The translations under genes and the position numbers were made by a program. This document shows, piece after piece, positions 1 to 9,351 of a stretch of 46,580 nucleotides of DNA (the first letter of the stretch is position 1; the number at the start of each line of letters is the position of its first letter). Source of the DNA: a virus (taxonomy: Duplodnaviria; Caudoviricetes); IMG/VR virus record IMGVR_UViG_3300032227_001064, positions 1 to 46,580 of that record; one strand, written 5' to 3'. The notes beneath the pieces were generated by a model. It ran no database searches. It worked only from the letters and a program-made list of their open reading frames with translations, and was not told the DNA's origin.

Positions 1-620
1 GACCATGCCAATGTTGATGCTGAAAAATAAAGACCATTAGTAAATACAGTTGCGCCTTGGTCACAATTACAAGCCCCTTCAGCTGTATTCTCATCATGAC
101 AACCAATAGATTGTGTAGTTCTAACTATGTTTGTTGGTGTTACTGTTTGAGTTGGAGTTGGTGTTTGAGTGTTAGTTGTGGTAACACTTGGTGTTGGAGT
201 AGTATTTGGTGTTCCTGTTTGAGTTGGAGTAGTATTTGGTGTTCCTGTTTGAGTTGTAGTTGGTGTTTGTGTTAAAGTTGGTGTTGGAGTTGTAGTTGAT
301 GATGGTGTATCTGTTGGGGTTGGGGTTACCGTTCCTGTATTAGATGGAGTTACACTTGGTGTTGGAGAATTACTTGGTGTAATACTCACTGTTGGTGTTG
401 GAGTTGGAGTAATACTTAGTGGTGGAAATACACCCAAATCAACTTCAACAATACTTGTTGAAAATGCTGTTGAATATGTGCCATTTAATAACCAAATGTT
501 TTTTGTTTGGTTTGGAGTCAACTCAACTTGGTATTGCCACATTGCGTCGTCACATCTTTGATAGTTAAAGTTCGCAATTGTCGAACCTGTGTTTGTTAGT
601 GTATATTTACTACATGCCAT
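1..620 (-). CDS. Cys/Pro-Thr-rich putative virion surface protein (partial, runs off the left edge)
   Basis: Not in the ORF track. ATG at 620, open to the window edge: MACSKYTLTNTGSTIANFNYQRCDDAMWQYQVEL..., a long TP linker, then ...CHDENTAEGACNCDQGATVFTNGLYFSASTLAW. TATTTAT upstream (641-647). Confidence 0.85.
   Translation of the reverse strand, partial: MACSKYTLTNTGSTIANFNYQRCDDAMWQYQVELTPNQTKNIWLLNGTYSTAFSTSIVEVDLGVFPPLSITPTPTPTVSITPSNSPTPSVTPSNTGTVTPTPTDTPSSTTTPTPTLTQTPTTTQTGTPNTTPTQTGTPNTTPTPSVTTTNTQTPTPTQTVTPTNIVRTTQSIGCHDENTAEGACNCDQGATVFTNGLYFSASTLAW
193..256. repeat. 30-bp tandem repeat (x2) encoding Thr/Pro linker
   Basis: gttggagtagtatttggtgttcctgtttga at 193-222 and 223-252. 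Confidence 0.85.
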
Positions 621-1016
621 ATTAATATCTATTATAACTAATAAATACCAACATGTTTAAAAAAAAATAAAAAAAATAAGAATGAGTTGAAGTTAGACTG
701 GTGTTCTTGTTGGAGTTGGCGTTACCGTTCCTGTATTAGATGGAGTCACACTTGGTGTTGGAGAATTACTTGGTGTAATACTCACTGTTGGTGTTGGAGT
801 TGGAGTTATCATTAACGGAGGAAATACACCCAAATCAACTTCAACAATACTTGTTGAAAATGCTGTTGAATACGTACCATTTAATAACCAAATGTTTTTT
901 GATTGTCCTGGCAATAATTCAACTTGGTATTCCCACATTGCGTCATCGCATCTTTGGTAATTGAAGTTCGTAATTGTTGAACCCGTATTTGTTAGTGTAT
1001 ATTTGCTACATGCCAT
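313..1016. repeat. ~300-bp direct duplication, offset 396 bp (about 313-620 vs 709-1016)
   Basis: Near-identical sequence, e.g. gttaccgttcctgtattagatggagt at 325 and 721. Differences are mostly at third codon positions. Confidence 0.9.
693..1016 (-). CDS. Short paralog of the 1..620 gene: Cys domain plus PT tail only
   Basis: Start moved to ATG 1016 (MACSKY) to match the paralog. TATTTAT at 1036-1042. Ends TPTRTPV*. Confidence 0.8.
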   Translation of the reverse strand: MACSKYTLTNTGSTITNFNYQRCDDAMWEYQVELLPGQSKNIWLLNGTYSTAFSTSIVEVDLGVFPPLMITPTPTPTVSITPSNSPTPSVTPSNTGTVTPTPTRTPV

Positions 1017-1095
1017 CTTTATGTTATTTATTTCAATAAATACCACAACTTATTCTATTTCATAGTAGAACGAGAAAAATGTTTTTAAATTATGG

Positions 1096-2070
1096 TTAAA
1101 TAAATCTTCCGTTATAATTTGTTAAATTATATTCCAAACTTCTGACGTTTTCTCCGTCAATACAGTTAGTTTCTAAATCTAAGGTAACAACTTGTCCTGT
1201 TGAAATTGCTCCGTAAGCGGCAGTATACCCTTCATTGATAAATGTATAATCTTCAGGAACCGCGACCATTGTACCTCCTTTATAGAGTTTTGCTTGAATG
1301 AAAACAGGATTGGTACCAACATCACCATACCAACCAGCGTTTGCGTTAATCGTTATAATATTTTGACCAGGATAATCTAACTTAAATTGAATCAAATCGA
1401 TTAATACCGATTCAAAACCTGTTCCAGTATTGTCACCGCCCCAAGTTAATATTGGATTACCCGATGTTGGCCATTCTGAAGAACAACACCATCCGATGTA
1501 GTCAGGAAGAGTATTTTGTCCAATATCAGGAACCGTAACTCTTGTTCTTGTATCCAAATCTGTTCCGTCATTAAATGCATATGTCAATACGATATAATCG
1601 GCATCAAAAGTAAAATTACCTGGAATATATGGTACTGTTGTTGGTGTTGGCGTTGGAGTTGATGAAGTCCTTGTAGGTGTTGGTGTTGTTGTTTTTGTTG
1701 GGCTTACTGATGGAGTAACTGTTGGTGTTTGAGAGTTAGTTGGTGTTTGAGTTGCGGTAACACTTGGTGTTGGTGTTACTGTTGTCGTAGATGTTTGAGT
1801 TACTGTTGGTGTAAGAGTTGGGGTTGGTGTGGATGTTTGAGTTGGAGTTTGTGTTGGAGTAGGTGTTGGACAAGGTACATCTAATACATAGTTAAATGCG
1901 TAGGTGGGAACATAACAATCGTATGTTCCATACCAATAATCCGTCTCATATGAAAATGGAAAAGTTTGTTGACCTAAATCAATTGTTCCACCAGAACAAG
2001 GATAAAAGGTAACGTTGGCTGTTAAACCACTTAAGTTATTACTAAAAATTGAAATACCACAATCAGACAT
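1096..2070 (-). CDS. Two-domain putative virion protein with ~80-aa Pro/Thr linker
   Basis: Cys-containing N-domain, (TP)n mucin-like linker, C-terminal beta domain (DLDTR...WGGDNTGTGFESVLID). Confidence 0.75.
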   Translation of the reverse strand: MSDCGISIFSNNLSGLTANVTFYPCSGGTIDLGQQTFPFSYETDYWYGTYDCYVPTYAFNYVLDVPCPTPTPTQTPTQTSTPTPTLTPTVTQTSTTTVTPTPSVTATQTPTNSQTPTVTPSVSPTKTTTPTPTRTSSTPTPTPTTVPYIPGNFTFDADYIVLTYAFNDGTDLDTRTRVTVPDIGQNTLPDYIGWCCSSEWPTSGNPILTWGGDNTGTGFESVLIDLIQFKLDYPGQNIITINANAGWYGDVGTNPVFIQAKLYKGGTMVAVPEDYTFINEGYTAAYGAISTGQVVTLDLETNCIDGENVRSLEYNLTNYNGRFI

Positions 2071-2096
2071 GATTATAAATACTTAATTATTTTATT

Positions 2097-2648
2097 TTAA
2101 CCACACAATCCTGTACCAATAATTAAAGTACCACTCAACTGTATAAATGTGGCTCCGTCTGAAATAATTGCATTTGTGTTAATTGGCGGTATTGTAAGTG
2201 ATGCATTACCATAAACATTATCACCAATAACTAAATCAGGGAAAGCTTTTTGACAATAAATTGTTACGTTTGATGGACCATATCCCGCATCGTCACAAGC
2301 ATCTTCAAAATAACCTGCTGTCCATAAATTAAACATGAATATCATTGTTGGTGTAACTGTTGGTGTAACGTGTGGAGTTGGTGTTGGAGTACGGGTTATA
2401 GATGTTGGAGTTATGGTTGGCGTTTGAGTAGGTGTTGGTGTTGTTGAAGGACATAATCCGGCAAATGCAATCGTTAAAGGAGCACCACAATCTTGGGCAT
2501 ATAAATCCTTTGCACAAACATAATGAGATTGTAATGGGTCAATAGGGGTAACACTAACAATATTAGTACAACCCGTCCAAACATAATATCCTTGTTGGAC
2601 GTTGTTATAATTTGTTATCTTAAAATAATTGCAGTCGGTTGTATACAT
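2097..2648 (-). CDS. Cys-rich two-domain protein with PT linker (putative virion decoration or fibre)
   Basis: Same architecture as its neighbours: C-x-Y-x-I-T-N N-domain, TP linker, DAC-containing C-domain. Confidence 0.75.
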   Translation of the reverse strand: MYTTDCNYFKITNYNNVQQGYYVWTGCTNIVSVTPIDPLQSHYVCAKDLYAQDCGAPLTIAFAGLCPSTTPTPTQTPTITPTSITRTPTPTPHVTPTVTPTMIFMFNLWTAGYFEDACDDAGYGPSNVTIYCQKAFPDLVIGDNVYGNASLTIPPINTNAIISDGATFIQLSGTLIIGTGLCG

Positions 2649-2659
2649 TTATATCAAGT

Positions 2660-4660
2660 TTAACTTGGGGTTATTGTGGGAGTTATTGTGGGAGTAGGTG
2701 TATTTGTTGAGGTGGTTGTTGGTGTTGGACACGCATATAGTTCATATGCTAAATCATCACAAGGTAATTCAATAGGAGATAAATCATTGGTTGGTATCGG
2801 AATAACACAATCAGGACAATTCGGATTTAATAGAGAATATCTATTTTTTAACACTCTATAATTGTGTGCAATTTGACCAGCATCTAAAGGCTCAGTGTAC
2901 ATTCTAAACGCACTAATATCCCCAATCATACTACCACCAAAAATTTCTTCTAAATGTATTTGAGTTGTCAAACCCGAATATATTGTATTGTCTAAGTCAT
3001 TAGTGGTTAAACATTCAGGGTCTTGTTGATAAACTATATCATCAACCGTGGCAGGACACCCTCCTGAGAAAGTTAAGTTATCGTGAAGTCCTTGAGTTCC
3101 TCCACCTAAAGATATATTATACCCAACACCTTGTTGTTTTTCTTTTTCAACATTTAACAACCTTGGAATAATTTCTTCAAAGTTTTCGGCAATGATGAAT
3201 AATTTACCATTCACATAAATTTTTAATGTCCCAACTCTGAATGTCTCTTCAACGAACCAATTGTTATCGAAACTAACAACTTCAGTCACAGCTGGGTCGT
3301 AATCTTTTTCATGTGTTAATGGTGGAGTTACTAAACTTAAACTATTATTTGCGGTTGTAGCGGTGTATTGTTCTGAGACAATTAAACCCAATCCACCCAA
3401 GTTCAATAAGTCACATTCATCAAAGTATTCCCTCCTCCTAAAGACAGCATCAATTTGAACCCAATGTTCAATATTTGCATATGTTGTTCCTGAACAATTA
3501 TCAAAAATTCCTCTTGTAGAACACCATTCATTTACGGATGTTCCTGTAACATATGTTTGACCTGTAAGACAAGTTCCTGTTGCCTCACAGTGTCCTGTTA
3601 TTGTATATGTTTTAATACAAAGTCTTGGACTACCGGTATCTCCACTCAATCTTAATGACAAGGCATTTGAAACCCCATCGTATAATGGGTCTTTTTCTGG
3701 ATATTCAGCCTTTGTTGAACAACTACAAGGACATCCACACATACAAGTTGTTGATGTAACTCCTGATGGTTGATAAACTTCTAAACATCCGTGTGATGCG
3801 GTAACTCCTGTTTGTTCACACTCACAAGTGTGCATACAGGTTAAACCTGAAGTAACTCTTGTATATCCTGTATCTTGTTTCGGACTACCGTCAGCGTAAT
3901 GGTAAAATTTGTTCTCAGCTCTTGCTCCCATATAGAAGAAAGTTCCTTTATTGTTTGGATAACGGTTGTTAAGACCTCCTGAAGTATCTCCAGTCCATCT
4001 GTATCTTAACATAAATTCCGCAGTCCATCCTAAATTAACTCTCTCAGGAAAAACCTGATAATCGTATTCCGGCATTTTATAAAACCCTTGGTAGAATCCT
4101 CCTTGTAATGATGCATAGTATCCAACAGAGTCCCCGTCAGTTGAATATGATAAATCGTAAGTATAAGAGTTATCATTCCATAATCTGTTTTCTGATGTTG
4201 TGAAACCTGTAATAGGATGCATTTTCATCCTTCTATCGTACTTGTATCTACTATAAATGTCGTTTGGGTTTGTGTATAATCCAGTTGTTAACTCAATTGT
4301 CTCCCCTGACATTTTTTTAACAAGTCCATTATCAATACCTGTTAATCCTATGTCACATAGTTCAGTCACAACGGGACAAAAGTTAGGGTCGATGTCAGTT
4401 GGATTCCAATAATTTTCAGAAACAATTGTTTGATAATCAAAGGAACAAGACGCGGATTGACATAGTGTTGTTGCGGTATTGTTGATATCAAACTTAAACG
4501 GCATTCTATTACCATCATTCTCACCAATTAATAAAGGTGAAAAAATCACTTCTTGGTCATAATCTTTTTCATCTGACGCCAGACAAATGTCCGTGATTTC
4601 GTTCACGGGTAGTAGACCCCATCTCCTAAAATTATATTGATTAATATTTTGGTATGCCAT
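2660..4660 (-). CDS. Cys-rich structural protein with LamG/concanavalin-like motifs and PT tail
   Basis: LKIYVNGKL and GDISAFRMYTEPL...IAHNY resemble LamG-like jelly-roll motifs. CMCGCPCSC cluster. 11 [ST]GxT motifs. Confidence 0.65.
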   Translation of the reverse strand: MAYQNINQYNFRRWGLLPVNEITDICLASDEKDYDQEVIFSPLLIGENDGNRMPFKFDINNTATTLCQSASCSFDYQTIVSENYWNPTDIDPNFCPVVTELCDIGLTGIDNGLVKKMSGETIELTTGLYTNPNDIYSRYKYDRRMKMHPITGFTTSENRLWNDNSYTYDLSYSTDGDSVGYYASLQGGFYQGFYKMPEYDYQVFPERVNLGWTAEFMLRYRWTGDTSGGLNNRYPNNKGTFFYMGARAENKFYHYADGSPKQDTGYTRVTSGLTCMHTCECEQTGVTASHGCLEVYQPSGVTSTTCMCGCPCSCSTKAEYPEKDPLYDGVSNALSLRLSGDTGSPRLCIKTYTITGHCEATGTCLTGQTYVTGTSVNEWCSTRGIFDNCSGTTYANIEHWVQIDAVFRRREYFDECDLLNLGGLGLIVSEQYTATTANNSLSLVTPPLTHEKDYDPAVTEVVSFDNNWFVEETFRVGTLKIYVNGKLFIIAENFEEIIPRLLNVEKEKQQGVGYNISLGGGTQGLHDNLTFSGGCPATVDDIVYQQDPECLTTNDLDNTIYSGLTTQIHLEEIFGGSMIGDISAFRMYTEPLDAGQIAHNYRVLKNRYSLLNPNCPDCVIPIPTNDLSPIELPCDDLAYELYACPTPTTTSTNTPTPTITPTITPS

Positions 4661-4669
4661 AAACTATTG

Positions 4670-4696
4670 ATAAATACCTTATCACCTAGTATTTAT
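4670..4696. promoter_or_regulatory. Back-to-back TATTTAT elements (candidate divergent late promoters)
   Basis: ataaata at 4670-4676 precedes the minus-strand gene at 4660. tatttat at 4690-4696 precedes the plus-strand gene at 4713. Confidence 0.6.
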
Positions 4697-4712
4697 AGAT
4701 TAAAAAGAACAG

Positions 4713-5531
4713 ATGTTAACTGTAAACCAAGAATTTTATTCATCACCGTATTATTTTTTCCTTAAAGAAGGTAAAGACTCATATTCTTTATACCTATCTG
4801 CAGAGGAAACTATAACAGAAGCCAGAGATAAAGATATTATTATTAAAGTCCCAAAATCAAAACTTGAGGCGGTAAAAAAATATTTGGAAAAAGTTTTGAA
4901 AAGTAAAAAGAAAAAATCCACAAAAGACCTCAAAGGGGAAATAGAGGAGTTGGTAAATTTGGATGGAGCGTTGTCAAACTCTTCTATTCCTATCTTAGAC
5001 CCAAGACTTCACCCAAAGAAAACAATGGACCAAACAGTTGCTGCGGCAAGAATTACTAATGACCCAATTTCTCGTGGTTACAGAACTTACTATGGTGAGT
5101 CAGTTGAGGAATTCACCGAAGAAGATATGTCAGGTGCATTTGGTTATGAAGAGACAAAAGACTTGGATGGTAAAGAAACATTTGACTATTTCGTTGATAA
5201 GTTAGATATGTCACCAGAAGAAGCTGTGGACAGAACCAAACAACAAGGAAAAGACCCATCAGGAAAAAAAGATGAAAAATCAAAATACAAGAACGACAAG
5301 AACTTTATTGCTAAGATGACAATTTCTGAAATTCAAAAACAGAAAATGATTAAAGTGGTCGAAGATATTTTGATGGGTAAAAAGAAAACAGACAATTCTG
5401 AAGTTGGTAAAAAAGACGGAAGTGTTGAAGCGTCTTCAATGATTAAAAGAAATATTAAGTCTGTATTAAAACAAGCAGAGAAAGAAGGGTTATCAAAAAA
5501 AGACATAATTAAATTGTTAGGAAGTGAATAA
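4713..5531 (+). CDS. Hypothetical protein
   Basis: 272-aa charged ORF, preceded by TATTTAT. Confidence 0.8.
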   Translation: MLTVNQEFYSSPYYFFLKEGKDSYSLYLSAEETITEARDKDIIIKVPKSKLEAVKKYLEKVLKSKKKKSTKDLKGEIEELVNLDGALSNSSIPILDPRLHPKKTMDQTVAAARITNDPISRGYRTYYGESVEEFTEEDMSGAFGYEETKDLDGKETFDYFVDKLDMSPEEAVDRTKQQGKDPSGKKDEKSKYKNDKNFIAKMTISEIQKQKMIKVVEDILMGKKKTDNSEVGKKDGSVEASSMIKRNIKSVLKQAEKEGLSKKDIIKLLGSE

Positions 5532-6000
5532 AGATTTATACAATAATCCCAAAGGAGAGATAGAGTTTCCAAAAGACAAACAGGAACATATGAAAAAATC
5601 TTTTCATATGGTCAAAGGTGCTAATGAAAATGTTGAGGGATTCAAAAGAAATCAAGAACTTCAAACTAAAAATTATATCGATTACAAACAACTTAAGAGG
5701 ATTAAAAACTTTTTTGATAATTTTAAGGGTAATCATAATGAACCATCTTTTGTATTGAACGGTGGTGTTATAATGAAAAACTGGGTTAACGATGTCTTAA
5801 GAAAAATGAGACAAGGGTTGGATTTAACCAAAAGAAACAAAGCTGAAACTGGCATGCAGAATCAGTACTTAAAGCCACACGAGAAAAAAGATTTCACAAA
5901 TGTGAGACCTTCTCAGAAACATGCATCTACATTACAAAAGTATGATAGTGCAGTTACTGAGTCGTTAAAAAGAATAAACGAACTAATTTCTAAATTATAA
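5524..6000 (+). CDS. Hypothetical phage protein
   Basis: 158-aa ORF overlapping the upstream gene. C-terminal VTESLKRINELI. Confidence 0.75.
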   Translation: MNKDLYNNPKGEIEFPKDKQEHMKKSFHMVKGANENVEGFKRNQELQTKNYIDYKQLKRIKNFFDNFKGNHNEPSFVLNGGVIMKNWVNDVLRKMRQGLDLTKRNKAETGMQNQYLKPHEKKDFTNVRPSQKHASTLQKYDSAVTESLKRINELISKL

Positions 6001-6004
6001 AAAC

Positions 6005-6298
6005 ATGGGACTAGAAATCGCAGTTGATTTAACACAAAACGAACCAAACGCATTGACAGCTATTGCTGACATGGAAAGAGCTAAACTTATACCAAGAAAC
6101 GATTACAACGAAGTAGGTAATCCTTATTCATCTGTAAACCGTGACGCGGTTGCTGATGGAGATTCTATGGGTAGAGGTACAGGTACTTTCTTAGATGTTT
6201 ACAATGTAAATGCTGGTACAATCACAGACGTGGTTGAAAGAAAAAATGAAATTAAAATAAACAAATTTAATTCATCAAAACCTTACCCTAATTTCTAA
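6005..6298 (+). CDS. Hypothetical protein
   Basis: 97-aa ORF, TAATG-coupled to the next gene. Confidence 0.75.
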   Translation: MGLEIAVDLTQNEPNALTAIADMERAKLIPRNDYNEVGNPYSSVNRDAVADGDSMGRGTGTFLDVYNVNAGTITDVVERKNEIKINKFNSSKPYPNF

Positions 6299-6747
6299 TG
6301 AAGCTACAAGAATCACTTAAAGGTTTAATTTGTGAGATTGCTTCTATCGACTCTGTTAGAAAGTCAATTGAATCAAGACAGGTGGTATCAATGTACTACG
6401 ATGGTGATGAGCCAGGTGGTAGAGGTATCCGTGAAGTTGAGCCTGTAGCCTTAGGTAAGAGTAAAGCGGGAAACTATGTGGTTAGAGGATGGGACAGAGA
6501 GGGTTCTTCTCACACCGCATACAAAGGTGAACAACCTCTACCAAGTTGGAGATTATTTAGATTGGATAAAATCCTTTCTTTTAAACCCACTGGTGAGATT
6601 TACAATGAACCAAAACCAGGTTATAATTTTAATGGAGATAAAAGTATGGTAAGTGTTGACTTAGTTGCCAAGTTTGATAACCAACAACCCCAAGAAACAC
6701 AACCAACACAAGAAACACCAACACCTACCCCAACTCCACAAACTTAA
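6298..6747 (+). CDS. Stand-alone WYL-domain protein
   Basis: SIESRQVVSMYY...REVEPVAL...NYVVRGWD...WRLFRLDKI matches the WYL pattern. No HTH. PT tail. Confidence 0.8.
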   Translation: MKLQESLKGLICEIASIDSVRKSIESRQVVSMYYDGDEPGGRGIREVEPVALGKSKAGNYVVRGWDREGSSHTAYKGEQPLPSWRLFRLDKILSFKPTGEIYNEPKPGYNFNGDKSMVSVDLVAKFDNQQPQETQPTQETPTPTPTPQT

Positions 6748-6753
6748 TATATT

Positions 6754-7386
6754 ATGAACGAAAATGATTTAATGAGTAGATTAGTGGCATCTAAGGCCAT
6801 TATGGACAACCCAAAGTTTGCAAAAACTAAAAATAGTATGAATGATGGATTACCTCCAACATCGTTACAGGAATTTGATATGCCACAGGCAAAATATAAT
6901 ATCCCACAAGAATTTTTACAAGAATCACAACCTGTAAATCAACCTTATCTTTCTTCATTACCAAAAGAAAATACGAAGCCAGTCGGAGTTCCTACGGTTG
7001 ATGCAATCAAAAACTCAAAACTTCCTGATGAAATTAAGAAATTGATGATGGAGCACCCAATAGCTCAAGCACAACAACAACAAACCGCAACACTATCCAA
7101 TGAGTTAATCGAAAAAGCAACAAGATTGATGAAAGAAAACGGTTCTGGATATGTTCCAGAATCTGCAAAACCAAAACAAGTACAACAACAATCTCAACCT
7201 AATAATACATCATCACAAATTGATTACAAATTAATTAAGAAGATGATAACTGAAGCTGTTAATGATGCTCTTGCAGAAAACGGACTAATGGTTGAAAGCA
7301 CTGAAAGGTCTAATGAACAATTCACATTTAAAGTAGGGAAACACATTTTCGAAGGTAAAGTAAACAAAATCAAAAAAACTTCTTAA
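6754..7386 (+). CDS. Hypothetical protein (Gln/Pro-rich)
   Basis: 210-aa ORF. Confidence 0.75.
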   Translation: MNENDLMSRLVASKAIMDNPKFAKTKNSMNDGLPPTSLQEFDMPQAKYNIPQEFLQESQPVNQPYLSSLPKENTKPVGVPTVDAIKNSKLPDEIKKLMMEHPIAQAQQQQTATLSNELIEKATRLMKENGSGYVPESAKPKQVQQQSQPNNTSSQIDYKLIKKMITEAVNDALAENGLMVESTERSNEQFTFKVGKHIFEGKVNKIKKTS

Positions 7387-7441
7387 CTACTTTTCTTATT
7401 TGATATAAAGTATTATATTTTCTCAATATAATATAAAACTA

Positions 7442-8653
7442 ATGTCAAAAATTAAAGTACTAGTAATCCCATCCGATAGAACAGGTGTGGGCAAATTTAG
7501 GTCTGTAGACCCCCACATCTTTTTACAAAATTTATACCCTGATGATTTTCATGTAGATATCATTTATGATGTTCCTGTGACGGATATGAACTTTTGGAAG
7601 GAATATCAAATTGTTGCCTTCCATAGAAGTCTTAATCCTGATTTTGAAGCATCTCACGCATTAATCCAAAAACTTAATGATATGGGTATCGTTACTATTG
7701 ACGATATCGATGACTATTGGATGCCAACTAAAGAACATCCAATTCATGATGTTATTAGATTTAATAAAATTAATGATAAAATTACTGCCAACCTTAAGGT
7801 TGCAAAATACGTAACAACGACTACGACAATATTTGCCGATGAAATTAAGAAGTTAAATAAGAACGTTATTATTTTTCCTAACGCAATTAATCCAAACGAA
7901 GCTCAGTTTAAAGAACCAACACCAGAATCTGATAGATTAAGAATTGGTTGGTTAGGTGGTTCTTCTCACTTACACGATTTACAACTATTAGACCAATCAT
8001 TCAGTAAATTAACTCAATACAAAGATAAATTACAATTTGTTTTATGTGGTTTTGATACTAGAGGTTCTGTAACTGAAATCAATCAACAAACAGGAGAACA
8101 TAAGAAAAGAGATATTCTTCCTCACGAAACTGTTTGGGCACAATACGAAAAAATATTTACACAAAACTACACAACTGTATCTGAAGACTATAAAAAATAT
8201 TTGAATACGTTCACACCTGAGGGATATCCAAATGAAATGAACGAACCATACTTAAGAGTATGGACAAAACCTGTTCAATCTTATGCGAAGAATTATTCAA
8301 AATTTGATGTATCTTTGGCACCAATTAAAAATCACATCTTTAATAGGATGAAATCTCAATTAAAAGTTATTGAGTCGGGATTCTATAAAAAAGCAATTAT
8401 TGCTTCTAATTTAGGTCCTTACACAATTGATTTAAAACATTGTTTGGACAACGGTAATTTTGTTGATGGAAACGCATTATTGGTTGATGAAAATAGAAAT
8501 CATTCTGATTGGGCAAAATTCATTGAAAAATTAGTTAAGAATCCAAACATGGCAAAAGATATGGGTGAAAGATTATATGAGACTGTTAAAGACACATATG
8601 ATTTAAATGTAGTAACAAAAGCAAGAGCAGAATTTTATAAATCAATCGTATGA
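7442..8653 (+). CDS. Glycosyltransferase (GT-B, GT4-like)
   Basis: DIDDYW, RIGWLGGSSH, DVSLAP...FNRMKSQLKVIE...IIASNLGPY. Confidence 0.85.
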   Translation: MSKIKVLVIPSDRTGVGKFRSVDPHIFLQNLYPDDFHVDIIYDVPVTDMNFWKEYQIVAFHRSLNPDFEASHALIQKLNDMGIVTIDDIDDYWMPTKEHPIHDVIRFNKINDKITANLKVAKYVTTTTTIFADEIKKLNKNVIIFPNAINPNEAQFKEPTPESDRLRIGWLGGSSHLHDLQLLDQSFSKLTQYKDKLQFVLCGFDTRGSVTEINQQTGEHKKRDILPHETVWAQYEKIFTQNYTTVSEDYKKYLNTFTPEGYPNEMNEPYLRVWTKPVQSYAKNYSKFDVSLAPIKNHIFNRMKSQLKVIESGFYKKAIIASNLGPYTIDLKHCLDNGNFVDGNALLVDENRNHSDWAKFIEKLVKNPNMAKDMGERLYETVKDTYDLNVVTKARAEFYKSIV

Positions 8654-9351
8654 TAAATGTACCATTAACAAAGTTTTTATTCTTAGATATTGAAACAGTT
8701 GGATGTGAATCCAATTGGGAAAATTTTAAGAAAAACAAAAAAGAACTTTCATTTCAGTTTGAACATATTCAAGACAATCTTCGAAAAAGATTTCCTGAGG
8801 AATCAGATACCCCAATTGAACAATTATTTGTTAATAGAGCGGCATTAGTCCCTGAATTCTTAAAGATAGTTTGTGTTAGTGTTGCGTTTGTTATGGATGA
8901 CGGAACAGTTAAACTACAATCTTTCCATAGTGAAGATGAAGGTAAATTACTCCAAGACGTTCAAAAACTATTAAACCGAACAGGTGATTTAGGATTTTTC
9001 TTATGTGGACATAATGTTAAAGGATTTGATATTCCAACATTAGCTAAACGTATGATGATGTACGGATTGGAACCACCAAAGTTATTACCGAGTTACGACA
9101 CCAAACCTTGGGAGATTAAAGCAATTGATACCAAAGACATATGGCAATATGGTGGGTATGGTCAATTTGCATCTCTTGAATTAATGTGTGTTTGTATGGG
9201 TGTTGAATCATCTAAAAATACAGAAGTCACAGGTAACAGAGTTCACGAAGCGTATTGGGTAGATAAGAATATTGAAGGTATTGTAAAATACTGTGAGAAA
9301 GATGTTGTGGTTTTGATAGACTTAATAAAAAAATTAAAACAATTAAAATAA
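8650..9351 (+). CDS. PolB-related 3'-5' exonuclease (DEDDy)
   Basis: FLDIET, GHNVKGFDIP and YCEKDV exonuclease motifs I-III. Confidence 0.85.
   Translation: MINVPLTKFLFLDIETVGCESNWENFKKNKKELSFQFEHIQDNLRKRFPEESDTPIEQLFVNRAALVPEFLKIVCVSVAFVMDDGTVKLQSFHSEDEGKLLQDVQKLLNRTGDLGFFLCGHNVKGFDIPTLAKRMMMYGLEPPKLLPSYDTKPWEIKAIDTKDIWQYGGYGQFASLELMCVCMGVESSKNTEVTGNRVHEAYWVDKNIEGIVKYCEKDVVVLIDLIKKLKQLK

Noticed and set aside
57-275. Cys/Trp-rich plus-strand ORF (also 2676..2861)
   Set aside because: Antisense shadow of Thr/Pro codon repeats in real minus-strand genes.
313-1016. Diversity-generating retroelement TR/VR pair
   Set aside because: Mismatches are not adenine-specific and are mostly synonymous, both copies are coding with start codons, and no reverse transcriptase is in the window.
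7385-7441. Host-type promoter ahead of the glycan cluster
   Set aside because: Only a partial match (TATATTTT, no properly spaced TTTG) in very AT-rich DNA, so it cannot be supported.
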